DNA of 64,000 nt, taken from contig OZ024745.1 of NCBI GenBank assembly GCA_964016885.1, positions 130,696,001 to 130,760,000 of the forward strand. The letters run 5' to 3'. The position numbers and the translations under genes were made by a program. This document shows, piece after piece, positions 1 through 14,676 of the stretch (the stretch's first letter is position 1; the number at the start of each line of letters is the position of its first letter). The notes beneath the pieces were generated by a model. The model did no database searches, was not told where the DNA came from, and saw only the letters and a program-made list of their open reading frames with translations. This stretch comes from Eledone cirrhosa. Its lineage: Eukaryota.

Positions 1-96
1 TACCTACATACTGATGCATATATACACACATATATACATGCAATCACATACGAACATACATACATAAACACCTACATACATACACACATACATACA

Positions 97-598
97 TGAT
101 GGCTGCAAACTCGTATTTGAGCATTTCCATCACCCGATGAAATCTTTTAAAATGTAAGGCACGAATGTGGCTCTTTAAACCAGCCCAAAACTTGCACCCT
201 CTGACACACACATGGCAACTGCAGGCTCTTCTGGGACTTTCCATTACTTTTTCAGACTGTGTTCTCATGTGTCTTTTAAGACCTCCCATGCTAGCACATT
301 CCTTGCCACATTCCTTACACCTTTTCAGATCATAACCTCCATGTGGTCTACTGATATGACTTTGTTCGTGCCTAGTCAAACCAGCTTTACTCAGGCAGAC
401 TCGATCACAGTGCTGGCAAACCAGATGTCGCTCAAAAGTAGGCAGTTCAGAACAGTCCCTTTTTCTCACCTTCCTTTTCAGTGTTTGGTGCTCTCTTTGA
501 CGAGTTTCAAAGTGTTCACTACCTGACTTGATCAAACGTCTTCTCTTCACACGCTCCTCAGCCATTTTGTCCCATTCATCAGATGAATTCCAGCACAA
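97..598 (-). mobile_element. 3' end of an RTE/BovB-like LINE with C-terminal C2H2 zinc fingers, 5'-truncated
   Basis: ORF 44..598 has an RTE-type 'WDKMAEERVKRRRLIKSG' segment followed by CxxC..GLxxH motifs (CQHCDRVCLSKAGLTRH, CKECGKECASMGGLKRH). Its 3' end (..GAGTTTGCAGCCATCATG) runs into a (TATG)-like tail and resembles the ends at 21651-21727 and 46641-46718. Confidence 0.75.
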
Positions 599-1727
599 GC
601 CAAGGTGCCCCTGACACAGTCCCGGTACCGCATTTTTGGTTTGTGTGGTAGCCGCCTTCCTTCACACAGTTCACCGCTGCCGAAAGATTATGCTGTCTAT
701 AGTCATGCTCCTGAACCGTTTAGGAACTTCCAGATCTCTGATGAACATTTTCCATCGCACCCCAAGTATCTTATGAAGAGATCGTTGGTCCTCTCCAGTT
801 CCTTGAGGTGCTTTCTGAAAGGTATTTTTTGTCACTCTGTCGTTAGTAAAATACGTTTTATTAAGGTCAGCTTATATCTGTATAAGGTTATAAGGCCAAA
901 CATTTATGACAGAAGGGACTATTCCGTTAATCGCTTTCATGGCATCCTTGTTGCATATTCTATAAAATCTGAAAGAATAGCTTGCAAAGTCCACCTCTCA
1001 TAACTGAGAACATAAAAGAGAGAAACAATGTATTGATAATTCTTTAGTTTAGCAATCTACTCTTTATTTCATTCTATTGACCTCAATGCCCTAATAATAA
1101 TTAGGATTATAACACCTATGATGATGATGATGGTGATGATGGTGATGGTGGTGGTGGTTATTATTATTATTATTATTCTTTTATATCGGTATAGAGAGGA
1201 GGATAAAAGGAAATTTCGGTTTTTATAGTTTTTCTTACGATTATATAAACGTAAGTGAAGTGGCATTCCCAATTAGGAATAGAAATATGAATAATTCCCA
1301 ATTATGACAAGTAATTTGGTCCGCCAAAATCTTTTATTCGCAAGAAGTCACACAGAATGCACCAATAATTAGTTTTCAATTGGGCAACAAGCCAAATGGT
1401 TTTGAGAGATGTATAAAGAAAGCAATGGTTTCAATTCAGTATGTGTGGAATCAAGCGTACAGATGGTCAAGGAGTTAGGGCACCAGATAACCTAGCGAAT
1501 AGTTGGTAGTTCGTATTTTGTCACTGTCAGTAAACGTAGCTGTCAACCTTCGTCTTCATAATTAACAAATACTTCATATTAGCAGCAACTGCTGTGGAAA
1601 TAACCAATGATCTGGTAGCTTCGAAGAAAACTTGACAAACGCTAATATGCAGAGAAGGAGAAAGATATACAGGCAAAATGGGGAGAATAAGCAAAGAAAG
1701 AGAAACCATTATTACATGCTAAATAAG

Positions 1728-1885
1728 AGTGGTTGATTGGAAGTACATTCTGAATTCAAATCCCGCCGAGGTTAGCTTTGCCGTTCATCCTTACGAGGTC
1801 GATAAAATAAAGTACCAGTAATGCACTGTGGTAGATTTAATCGACTGTCCCCCTAAAATAGTTGGTCTTCTGCCTAAATCAGAAA
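1728..1885 (+). mobile_element. tRNA-derived SINE (window family A), degenerate
   Basis: B-box-like GAATTCAAATCC followed by the family core GCCGTTCATCCTTACGAGGTCGATAAAATAAAGTACCAG. Confidence 0.8.
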
Positions 1886-1887
1886 TC

Positions 1888-2075
1888 GTGAATTGCCAGT
1901 ATCGGTAGAGGGCCGGACGCAATGCGTTGCAGCATCGATTTGCGCCCCTTTACGGTCTGAGTTCAAATCCCGCCGAGCTAAACTTTGCCTTTCATCCTTA
2001 CGGGGTCGATAAAATAAAGTACCAGTAATGCACTGGATTAATTGCTGGCCTTGTGCCAAAAGTAGAAATAATTAT
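1888..2075 (+). mobile_element. tRNA-derived SINE family A
   Basis: A-box-like TTGCCAGTATCGG, B box GAGTTCAAATCC, family core, tail GGCCTTGTGCCAAAAGTAGAAA. Confidence 0.85.
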
Positions 2076-2353
2076 TTATGGGATCGATAAATGAAGGGTG
2101 TTCATCTCTTACTAAATTGCTACCTTGCATTTATTTTAAGCATCGTTACTAAATATTTTTTACAATAGCATGAGTATTTGATATTAAATTGTATTCCAAA
2201 ATAGTGGTAATATATCATTTATATGTGTAGATTAATTCTTTTCATGTATCTATACCACTATTTAGGCTACAATATATTTCTTTCTTATTTTTATTTTCAT
2301 ATATTTTTGATACGTGTGCGGCAGGGACACTTAGCTTCAATTATTTACATATA

Positions 2354-2429
2354 TAAGGTGTCCCCCAAAAATATATATACTTTTATTAAAATGCTGTTGA
2401 AGTGTGTATATATTTCGGGGGACACCCTG
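2354..2429. mobile_element. Small Tc1/mariner-type MITE
   Basis: Imperfect terminal inverted repeats (TAAGGTGTCCCCCAAAAATATATA / TATATTTCGGGGGACACCCTG) flanked by TA. Confidence 0.6.
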
Positions 2430-2612
2430 TATATTATTTATGTATTTATTTTGCTAAGTTATATTTTTTTCTTATTCTATATATTTTGCAGCTTTCTTCT
2501 CTGTGTATTCTTCCAATAATAGCGATACATGCTACAAATATAAACCAGTCGCTTTTATTTCCACCTTGCTTACTTAAGCAAGTTATTTAACCTCATCATC
2601 ATTATCATCAAC

Positions 2613-2673
<61 letters not shown>

Positions 2674-3504
2674 ACAGCAGCAGGCTCGTCCTTGTCAATA
2701 TTCATTAATACCATTATAAATATTATTATTAGTTTTATAATTTAAAAACCAAAAAAATAAAAAAGAAAAAGAAATTAAAAATAAAAAAATAAAAAATAAA
2801 AAATAAATATAAATTAAATTAAAATTTAGAAAATACTAAAAAGAAATTATTATTATATTAATTATATTATTATTTTTCTTTTGCGTTTATTCCATGCTAA
2901 CAAACAGAGTTTCTTCTTCCCTATCTCACTCTCTCACACGCAATTTAGCTCAGTATTTTTTTCAAATACTATATATATATTTTTTTTTGTTTATATTTTT
3001 ACTTGTTGATATTCTTTCCCTTCTTCTTCTCTCACTTTCTTCTCCTCTTCCTCTTCTTCTCCCTCTTCGTAGATATCTTCCTTAGCAAGATTCATATTTA
3101 TTTAGTAACGGTAATTTTATATTTGTTTACTCTTTTAAGTTTATTGTTAGTTTTCGTGTCTTTATTTTTATATCGCAATTTCTTTTGTCAGTTGTTTTTG
3201 ATGTTTGTTTTTATTATTGTTTTTGATGTTTGTTTGTATTGTTGTTTTTGATGTTTGTTTTTATTGTTGGTTTTGATGTTTGTTGTTATTGTTGTTTTTT
3301 TTTATTGATAGCAATGTTGTTATTGTATGCTGTTGCTTACCTGGAGCGGTATATGATTAAGAAATACATTTATAGCATCAGTGGTGGAAATCTCTTGTTT
3401 ACTTACATCGCTCTATCTCTATATAAACAATCTCTCTCACATTCTTTATAGCTCTCTATCCCCCCCTCACTCTCTCTCTCTCTCTCTCACTCTCTCGGTC
3501 TCTT

Positions 3505-3991
<487 letters not shown>

Positions 3992-4066
3992 TTAAGATAT
4001 TTATAATAAATTAAACTTAAATGGTGCATTTACATGCAGGGTATATATGATAATAAAACGATAGGT

Positions 4067-4131
<65 letters not shown>

Positions 4132-4800
4132 TGTGTGTGAGTGTGTAAAAGAGAATCGAAGCACAATGTTTATGCACCACCGTCTAACACACTCACATAT
4201 ATATATATGTAAGTATACACACACGCACATATACATATATATATATATATATATATACATACATACATACATACATATACATTATGGCATAACAGAGACG
4301 CACTCATCCAGTTTATTATAAATATATTATGTTGTATTCTGACAATCCTTGCTCAGAATCTTGTTGAAACCCTGATCTTCACATAGAAAAACAATAGGAG
4401 AAAAGATCTTTAAAAATAAACGGCTTAAACAACTTTGCATGCATTCTAGTTGACGAGTTTCAATATCTATTCCAATCTAATTTTCTCCATGGCTTATTTT
4501 TTGTCGATATTTTTATCTTTTCCTATTTGTTTTGAATAATAAACTTATGAAATTAAACGAATTATTTGACCTCGAATATCGATAAAATATTGTACCTGTC
4601 AAATATTAGTATTACTTTAATTGGCTAAACTCTCTCACGAATTTCTAGTCGTGTCCCTATGTTATTTCATTTAATTATATCGTATCCCACCTAACGTTGT
4701 TAGAACTCAATGTATCCTTGGAAAGGTGGTTGCAGCGACATTAGGCGGTGTGACCAGTAGTTTTTAAAGTAGATGACCACCACTTATGTTTTTATTCAAT

Positions 4801-4960
4801 TTGGTTTGGCATATCGCTAGAGCATCAAACACCATGCTTTGCGTTCTGAGTTCAAATCCCGTCGAGGTTAACTTTGCCTTTCATCCTTACGAGGTCGATA
4901 GAATAAAGTACCAGTAATACACTGGGATAATTGCTGGCCTTGTGCAAAAACGTAGAAACA
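4801..4960 (+). mobile_element. tRNA-derived SINE family A
   Basis: B box, family core and tail. Confidence 0.85.
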
Positions 4961-5104
4961 AATATATATAAATAACGATTCTCATCAAAACAATGACTGA
5001 GTGAAGTGTTTAACATCACTGTTTGAGTATAAATACTGAAGAATTTTCGAAATACTTTCATCAACAATATAGGGGCATGTGAACAGATCCCTGCTCGTCA
5101 ATAA

Positions 5105-5311
5105 CAATTTCTGATTTAGATACTACAATTTGGGGGAATGGAAAATTGGCTTAAATCGACCCTAGTACGTTACTCGTGTTTTATTTATTGACCCCATAAG
5201 TCTGAAAGGCAAAGCTAACTCCGGTGGGATTTGAACTCAGAATTTGAAGCGGTGCAACTCAATGCCGCAAAGCATGTTGTCCAACGCTCTATCGATTCTG
5301 CCGAACCACCG
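5105..5311 (-). mobile_element. tRNA-derived SINE family A, diverged
   Basis: Reverse-complement B box GGATTTGAACTC with a diverged core. Confidence 0.7.
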
Positions 5312-5853
5312 ACTACTCTTCAATAATGTAATCATTAATTGGGTCCAACGGGAGAACTGTCTACATGCTCTCAACATTCTAGAAAGAGTATTCAAATCAC
5401 CCTCAAGATCCATTGGAAGGAATCGTTGAACAATGTAGTCCTAGTTCTAGAGAGAAACAAGATAATCCTACCGGGATCCTCTTTATAGATGCACTCAATA
5501 AAAGCTGACCTGGTAGTGCACCAAATTATTACAACGTTCAGCTGTATCTCCCTCATACTATTTTAGGTTAAATCGAATGTAAATGTAATTGTTTGATCGA
5601 GTATACTTATGTACAAAGTCGTTCCAGATGCGACCTTCCCGTCTATATTCAGTTCCATTTCATACAATTTCGAATAATTTTTAGCGTGTGTAGAGTGTCA
5701 TATGAAGGAGATTTAGCAATTATTTCTAACAGGTCACACTAAATTGGTCAGCTAACACCATTGATCTCCCATGTAAATGCTTCGGCTATGAGGATATCAA
5801 AATCCAACATGAAAACCAGTTATAATTAACAATAATGATAGCGCTTGCGTACC

Positions 5854-5934
<81 letters not shown>

Positions 5935-6447
5935 GGGGGGGGGGTTGTATATTGTATAAGATATGGGATGTTCATGAAAAACATTTGAGGGCCTTTCGCT
6001 ATGAATTTTTTAAGGTTGTAACCAACGCCACACACCTAACCTTAACAAAGACAAGGAGAAGTAATCGATAATGCATAGTTCCACATTCTTTACGTTTATC
6101 AAGAGTATATATATCTCCCCACTTCCGCTAAGGTTAAAATAAGCTATAATCTTATAGTGTTTTGCTTATATTTATGAGTACGCAATTTTAGGGAAAGGTA
6201 AATTCGATTAAATCATCCGTCGTTATTTTACTGGTATTTATAATATTGATCCAATAGGTATTAAAACCGGAATTCACTGCGGTGATATTTGAACTCAGAA
6301 TGTAAAGGAGAACAAAAAACCAAGTCATGAGTACTCAAACTATACAGTCATATAAAAATCAAGTCGTGGTGTGAGAAGGTTATGCCAGGAAGGAAGGTCG
6401 GCTGGTAAGAGACGCAGAGGCAGGCAGGCGGCCAAAACGATGGCTTG

Positions 6448-6623
6448 ATAATTGTTTCTAGTTTTGGCACAAGGCCAGCAATTACGCAGTGTTATACTGG
6501 TACTTTATTTTATCGACCCCGTAAGGATGAAAGGCAAAGTTAATCTCGGCGGGATTTGAACTCAGATTGGAACTCTATGCGTCAAAGCATGGCGTCCGAC
6601 CCTCTACCGATACTGCCAATCCA
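6448..6623 (-). mobile_element. tRNA-derived SINE family A
   Basis: Reverse complement of the A box, B box, core and tail. Confidence 0.85.
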
Positions 6624-6795
6624 TTGATAATGTCAACTTATCAACTGGACTTGATATTTCGTCTTTAAACTCTGCTGCTGGTGATCGAACTTTGTGGAGA
6701 AAAATATCTCATGTTGATGCGTAGTCTGCAACTGGCGGAGTTTAGAGTCAAAGTAGAGAGAGAAGAGAATTTGTTCGGGTATTTCCCGATTTAAT

Positions 6796-6985
6796 AATAA
6801 TTGTTTCTACTTTTGGCACAAGGCTAGTAATTACCCCAGTGCATTACTGGTACTTTATTTTATCGACATTGTAAGGATGAAAGGCAAAGTTAACCTCGGC
6901 GGGATTTGAACTCAGAACGTAAAGGGGGAAAAGCCCATTGTATAAGACAAGGCAATTTCTTCGAAGATTTACCGATGGAACGTAG
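6796..6985 (-). mobile_element. tRNA-derived SINE family A
   Basis: Reverse complement of the B box, core and tail. Confidence 0.8.
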
Positions 6986-7022
6986 AACATCATCAACATA
7001 ATAATAATAATAATAATAATAA

Positions 7023-7053
<31 letters not shown>

Positions 7054-7089
7054 AAGAAGAAGAAGAAGAAGAAGAAGAAGAAGAAGAAG

Positions 7090-7118
<29 letters not shown>

Positions 7119-7120
<2 letters not shown>

Positions 7121-8582
7121 TGGATGTGCTTGTCCGTATTTTCAGCAATGATATATGTATGCAATTTGGTATTAGTAAGTGTGGAGTCCTTGTGATGAAG
7201 AGGGGTAAATTGAGCAGAAGCAACGGAATCCAGGTACCAACAGGTGAGATGATAAAGGAAATTGACACTGAAGAAGGATACAAGTATTTGGGTGTTCTGG
7301 AGGCTGATGACATCAAGAACAAAAAAATGAAGGAATTGCTAAGATCTGAATACATTCGGAGAGTAAGGAGCGTATTAAAGTCACATCTGAACAGTAGGAA
7401 TGCCATAAGTGCAGTAAATTCCCGAGCTGTGTCTATTATTAGGTACAGTGCGGGAATTCTGAGATGGAATGTTGCTGAACAAAAAGAAATGGATAGGAAG
7501 ACTAGGAAGCTATTGACTATCTACAACATGTTCCACAAGAGGAGTGATGTCGATAGACTCTACTTACGAAATCTGAAGGTGGAAGAGGTCTTATCAGCAT
7601 AGAGGACTGTGTTCAGATGGAGAAAAACAACCTACACAAATACGTGACTGACAGTAAGGAGCCAATGCTCAGAACTGTACTGAAGGAGAGGACAGTAGAC
7701 CAGGGGATGTCCAAGGAGGAAATAACAACAAGGAGAAAGAGCAACCTTCAAGAAAAATCCCTTCATAGTACCTTCTTTGAGAAAACTGAATTTAGAGATC
7801 CACAAACATGGAACTGGTTGAAAAGAGGAGACCTTAAAAAGGCTACAGAAGGAATGTTAATGGCTGCGCAAGAGCAGGCCCTCAAAACGAAGTGGTTGAA
7901 ACACCATATTAATAAGGAGGAGGCTAGCCCACTGTGCAGGATCTGTGGAGAGAGAGAGGAGACTGTGGCTCACATTGTATCCGAGTGTAAACACCTAGCC
8001 CAGACTCACTATAAGGACTGGAGACATGATGTGATGGGCATGGTGATCCACTGGCACCTGTGCAAAGTAAACAATTTACCACATTCTGAGAAGTGGTATG
8101 AGCATAAGCCAGAGTCGGTGATAGAAAACGATCAGGTGAAGATGCTGTGGGATTTTAGGATACAGACAGACAAGAAACTGGAACACAATAGACCTGACCT
8201 GGTGGTTGTGGACAAAGAAAAAAGATCGGGCCTGATTGTGGATGTGGCCTGCCCATTCGACACGAGAGTGCAAGAGAAGGAGAGGGAGAAAATTAACCGA
8301 TACCAGGACTTAAAGTGGGAGGTAAAAAGGATTTGTAACTGCCATGAAGTCAAAGTGGTCCCGATTGTCATAGGCGCACTAGGTACTATCTCAAATAGTT
8401 TCCAAGGATGGTTAAAGAAAATTGGCCCCGCCCCGCTTTTTGGAACACTTCAAAAGGCATGCTTGCTGGGAACAGCAAGAACCCTCCGATACGTCCTGAA
8501 TCTGAGGCTGCAGGTAGTGGCTTGATATTCATTTCAACAAACTTTCCAGTTAACTAACATCAATGACTGAGACTCAAAGAAC

Positions 8583-8637
<55 letters not shown>
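7119..8637 (+). mobile_element. 5'-truncated R4/Dong-clade non-LTR retrotransposon (RT C-terminal part, CCHC knuckle, RLE), frameshifted
   Basis: ORFs 7120..7602 (MQFGISKC, YKYLG, DVDRLY) and 7617..8525 (CRICGEREETVAHIVSEC, RHD, RPDLVVVD..VDVACP, KINRYQDL). A frameshift near 7570 breaks the YLRxxEGGRGL motif. There is a (TAA)n tail at 8583-8637 and (TAA)n(GAA)n upstream. Confidence 0.9.
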
Positions 8638-8805
8638 GTGATAAAGGCTGCAATTCTAAACCAATGGCCGCGGTAATGTCTATTGTGGACGTTAAATGGA
8701 AGTGAAGATCTATACATCAAGGAAAGAGATAATAGTTTAATTTATTAAAGTTAATAAATCAGCTTAATGGCCATATTCATTACATTATAATTATTATGCG
8801 TTTAT

Positions 8806-8856
<51 letters not shown>

Positions 8857-9138
8857 TACACGTACACACACGTACAAATACGTATAGATAGAGATACGTA
8901 TACATTTACACGGATGTGTGTATATCTGTGCATGTGTGTATGTGTGCTTGCGTGCATGTGTGTATGTGTGCATGTATATGTGTATGTGTAGAATCATGTG
9001 TCGTCTAGGAAAGAGAAATTGAGATTTTAGGTTCATTGATCGAAGTATATTTATGTGGATCGATATGCAATAATATATATATTGTATATATATATAATGT
9101 ATATATATATATATACATTTATATATCGATACATATAT

Positions 9139-9196
<58 letters not shown>

Positions 9197-9313
9197 TCAC
9201 ATAATCATAGATGTATTGATAGATAGATAGGTTCATGCGTACACATATATAAGCATATATCTAAAGGATGATTGGATGAATATATCTATATATCTATATA
9301 ACTATATATATAG

Positions 9314-9353
<40 letters not shown>

Positions 9354-11159
9354 CGTATAAATATGTCTGTGCGTCTACATATGTGTATGTATGGGGGTAA
9401 ACAGGTATTACGTCTACTGACACTGCATTAAAGGAAGGGCAAGGAAAATTTGGTAAAGAAAATGAAAACTATTCAGCAGAAAGAGCCGTTATTCGGAATA
9501 GCACTTGAAGCAACGAACCGAAAGACCTAAAGAGTCAAACTAATGAACATAGAATTTTCGCAAGTCCCAAGCGACAAACTAAAAGATAAAAGGAATTTTT
9601 CACATATAAACATTGAGCAATCGATAGTGGTTATTGAACCAAGCAACCCTTATAGCGAACACTTTAGCCAATCGAAATATGATGTCATCAAAACTGGAGA
9701 ACCACATTTTAACAACGTTAAGTTTTAGTGCAAATGTTAATGTCTTTGATAATTGTTTAGTCACTGGCAACAGAATAGAGAATAATAAACAAAGTGCAAG
9801 CTGAGATGTTTCAAACAATTTAACCGATTATAATATAACTGTTCTTCCTTTTTTTCTATAATAATCACTTGAATGTTATCGTTAAACTTTGTGTTATTGA
9901 ATTGAACTGAACTGGGTGAGATAAAGCTTTTATTCCATCGAATTTTATTTTACTTTTATTTCTATATCTATCTTTTTAAATATGTTTGGATTTTTCCTAT
10001 TTTACGAAATCAACAGTTAACAGATAGCGAATGTTAAGTGTGGCTATAGATCAATATAATAAAACACTATACTATGAAACTATGCGGCTTTTTAAGAGTT
10101 ATATATCGCATCTAGTATTGTTGTATATATTTTGTGATAGCTTCAGAACGTTCTCTACTTATTAGTCTAACGTCCCTACATTACACCACTGTCAATTGAA
10201 ATGGTATATTTAATGTCGGTTATTTGTGTTGTTGCTGTTTTATTCCTTCCATGTTGTAATATTTGACCGCTTTTTCAGTCAATATCTAAATGCATACTTA
10301 GTCGATATTTAAATACAGCTGGGAAATAAAACAGTTTTAATTAAAAGAGGCTTTTAAAAGCTTTCAATTTCCAATTGACGCCATCATTTTAAGTCTCTTG
10401 TGAATGTGGGCTTGTGAGTAAATTTTGTAATTAAGTGTAGACAAATGAGACAACGTAGAACGATGAGAGCTCTAAGAAGAAAAATACAAATTCGTGTGAA
10501 AAGATGTAATGGTGAAGCCAGATAAGGAAGAGCAGCTCTTGTCGTTTTTGATGGACTCCAACACTGTTAAATGAATGGAATGGTGTTATCCTTGGACTAG
10601 ACAACTGACCCAAAATCATGCACCAGGGATATACTTCCCTAAAAGAAGCCAAGAGTCAGCTGGTTGTATTAAACTGGTCAACTATTTAAGAGCAAAATTA
10701 TACTAACACTACAAATAACTATATAATACATTGGTATCAAACTGAGAACATAGTTTTACCTTCTCGTATTGTCAGGTGTTAATTGTTGAGGTATAAAAAT
10801 AATGTTTTAACACAATCAATCTGTCCTTCAGGTCAAAATATATGTTTAGACTGGCTTTAGAAAGAAGTGAATATAGTCACTGTTCTCAACAGAGACTGTT
10901 TGCAATTGAAATAAATTTGGTTTCTATCTTTAAAATAAACCCGAAGGGTAGAAACCTCTATGTTGCAGACACCTATTATTCCACAAATGTCTCTTATTTT
11001 AGCTATTATCATATTTCAGGTGAAATCATTTGTCACTGATTAACAATAAATAGAATAATGTCATATAGAACAACTAAAATATTTCAACAACGGAAAAACA
11101 AACATGAAAAGTGAAGAAAACTGCAACAAGAGTACGAAGAGAAGAATAAGTTCCTGGCA

Positions 11160-11500
11160 AGAATGACTCCCCGTCGGTTTCGACGATGAGTGTTCCAGTT
11201 GTTCTATCAACGAAGTACCCTAATGGGGAATTTAACATCTAACTGACTAAACGTTTTATAGACACACGTGATTTGAACGTGATTTTTCTGGAACATTCAG
11301 TGTGCCACAGTTTGAGATATGGGTGGCCGTTTGATGTATAAGTCAGACTATCCGACGGGCATCCACTTAGTTTCCGTCTAAACAATTTCTCTCAAAAAGC
11401 ATTGTTAGACCCAAGGCTCTCATAAATGAAACTTACCTGTGATGTCGCGCTGTAGAATCGAAATCATCAACTCAATGATTGCGATGTCAACTACATCAGC
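11160..11500 (-). mobile_element. Old degenerate SINE (second family)
   Basis: Resembles, from memory, an abundant octopus tRNA-SINE (GACTCCCCGTCGGTT..CGACGA..GTTCCAGTTG). Not verified by a search. Confidence 0.4.
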
Positions 11501-11538
11501 ATTCGGTCTCCTGTGTGTATATATATATATATATATAT

Positions 11539-11730
11539 AGTAACCAGTAAGACCCCGACAGCTGAGCTCAAGCCGTTTCGACGGCTAATTCTGAGTCCAG
11601 AATTAGCCGTCGAAACGGCTTGAGCTCAGCTGTCGGGGTCTTACTGGTTACTATTACCCACTCTACTACCTCAAGTATTGAGTACTTTGGTGCGTTATGG
11701 TCCACCTGGTTCCTTACCACATTTCCTTCG

Positions 11731-11731
<1 letters not shown>
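11539..11731 (+). mobile_element. Fold-back element, 'GUC' family: 3' half of a hammerhead plus bulged-hairpin tail, between (TA)n tracts
   Basis: Palindrome centred on TTCTGAGTCCAGAA; GAAACGGCT-TGAGCTC-AGCTG-TC-GGGGT; tail ACTC-TAC..GTA-TT-GAGT at 11660-11683. Confidence 0.75.
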
Positions 11732-11762
<31 letters not shown>

Positions 11763-11917
11763 TGTATATAAATACATACATATGTGCGTGTATCTCTGTC
11801 TATATGTTTTTTTCTTCTCTCTCTGTTTCCTCTCTCCTCCTATATATATATATACACACACACCCACACATACGCACACACACACCCACACACATATATA
11901 TATGTATATATATATAC

Positions 11918-12204
<287 letters not shown>

Positions 12205-12658
12205 AAATGAACGCTTTTGGACTTTCTTTTGATCAACTTCAATCGGTAAAGTAAATCACTTGAAATAACGACTCTCGCTAGTAATTACTATTTCCATTTC
12301 TTTCTCTGACCCTTACCATGTTCGGTGAAATTCCATTAAAAGCTCAACCATTGTTGGCATCGTTCCAGCTTGCCATCAACAAAGTCCGGGCGACATTGTC
12401 GAATGCATTCAAAAGAGACTGGCAGAAAAAAAAATGTCAATTAAAAAGAAGACGCTTGCCCATCTACTAATATGAATAGAAAAGCTGGTCAAGGGAGAAG
12501 TTTGGCCAGTGTTATCTTTGTGTGAAAAGGCTTATTATGTAAGTGGCTGGAGTTTGAAGTACAGTACGGTTCACGAATCTGTGGTTAATGGCGTAATTGC
12601 GTGTATTTCTGTGTGAGTTGTGAGTGAAGGTGGTGATATGTATTGGCTGCTGTGTAGT

Positions 12659-12720
<62 letters not shown>

Positions 12721-12877
12721 ATAGTAGTAGTAGTAGTAGCAGCAGCAGCAGCAATGGCAGCAGTACAAGTAGTTTTGTAGTTGCAGTTCTTTTATGGATA
12801 TATTAGTTATATACATATAGAGTATTAATATATATATTATACACTGGAAAATTTAGAGAGCATTCGATAAGGTTTGC

Positions 12878-12914
<37 letters not shown>

Positions 12915-12915
12915 T

Positions 12916-13141
12916 AACGAAGGAAGAGTGGTAAGGAACCAGATGGACCATAACGCACCAGAGTACTCAATACGTAGAGTAGTAGAGTAGGTAATAGGAA
13001 AATGTTTGAGCCCGACGGCAGAGCTCAAGCCGTTTCGAGGGCATTTCTGGACAGAAATAGCCGTCGGGATCAAACATTTTCCTATTACCCACTCTACTAC
13101 CCTACGTATTGAGTACTCTGGTGCGTTGTGGTCCATCTGGT
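12916..13141. mobile_element. Fold-back element, 'GUC' family, with a tail on both arms
   Basis: Inverted arms around TTTCTGGACAGAAA. The right arm lacks the segment between two GCCGTC repeats. Confidence 0.75.
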
Positions 13142-13211
13142 TATATATATATACAGAAGCGAGCGAAAACCAATCCAAACTTAACAGTGAGTGTGTTTTA
13201 TTATTATTTCT

Positions 13212-13390
13212 TTGGCAGAATTGGTAGAAGGTTGGACATGCTTTCTAGCATAGTTACGTCCCTTTACGATCTGAGTTCAAATCCCGCCAAGGTTAACTTT
13301 GCCTTTCATCCTTACGAGGTCGATAAAATAAAGTACCAGTAATGTACTGGGTAATTGGTGGCCTTGTGCCGACAGTAGAAACAATTATTA
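13212..13390 (+). mobile_element. tRNA-derived SINE family A
   Basis: A box, B box, core and tail, flanked by ATTATTATTTCT direct repeats. Confidence 0.85.
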
Positions 13391-13397
13391 TTTCTTA

Positions 13398-13592
13398 GGG
13401 TGGTGGATTGGCAGTATCGGTAGAGGGTCGGACGCCATGCTTTGACGCATAGAGTTACGGCCTTGCCATTCTGAGTTCAAATCTCGCCGAGGTTAACTTT
13501 GCCTTTCATCCTTACGGGGTCGATAAAATAAAGTACCAGTAATGTACTGGGGTAATTGCTAGTCTTCTGCCAAACGTAGAGACAATTATTAT
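13398..13592 (+). mobile_element. tRNA-derived SINE family A, full length
   Basis: GGTGGATTGGCAGTATCGG (A box), GAGTTCAAATCT (B box), core and tail. Confidence 0.88.
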
Positions 13593-14301
13593 TTCTGGCA
13601 ATATTATAACAATATGTCCCTCCCCAAATATGACAATATATATATATGTGTGTGTATACTGACTTTTCGAAGTAACTGCTTCTTTTCTACTTAGAAAATA
13701 AATCTGTACACTCCATCCATCAGTATTGAGTGCTTATTCACTTAACACTCGAATGCTTTAGGATAATACGGTATTTTAGACACATCTACTAATACGGGGT
13801 ACATATATATGTATGTGAGAGAGAGAGAGAGAGAGTGAGAAAGAGAATGAGAGACAGGAAAGAGAGAGAGGTGTTGGATATATATTGGTATATTTATAAT
13901 TTCTCTAACATATTCATATATATAATATTATTTTTTTCTACTAATACATAAACTGACTGCGTCATTCTCTTCCGTGTTTTGATCAATTTATATACCGGCC
14001 ACTCGTGATATAAACAACAGCTTGTGGCTGAATAAGTGATTGAAGAGATGAATAATGACTGAAATATTTAGATAGTTGACGTGATAACTTACGGTAAATG
14101 TTCCTTATTTTCTTTATGTGGTATGTATGAAATACAGTCCTCCACTTTGTACAATTCTTAAAGACAAATTTATAGCAGCGACTATCTGTTGAACTAAGAC
14201 GTTGCGCATTCGCAGTGATTAAATATTTCGTTTAGATGAACTAAAGTTGCACTGCCTGTGTTAATGTTCGTCTACGTACTACAATATTACATAAACACAC
14301 A

Positions 14302-14342
<41 letters not shown>

Positions 14343-14500
14343 TTGTGTGCGTGTAAGTGTGCGTTTGTGTATATTGCTAAGTAAATTAATTACTTGCCAA
14401 TTACGAGTATTCAGTGCTTACCTGCGGTCTTATATATATATATATTTATGGGCTATGAATGTATGTGTATATATATATATATTTATATACATATATATAT

Positions 14501-14676
<176 letters not shown>

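Noticed and set aside
44-598. Host C2H2 zinc-finger gene
   Set aside because: No TGEKP linkers, and it has an RTE C-terminal context and retroelement tail.
9420-9830. Coding-looking purine-rich stretch
   Set aside because: Only short ORFs with no identifiable domain.
11660-11683. Bulged hairpin as a SECIS element
   Set aside because: Lacks the AUGA/GA quartet and apical AA.
13398-13490. tRNA genes at A/B box sites
   Set aside because: These are SINE heads with no complete cloverleaf, always followed by the SINE core.
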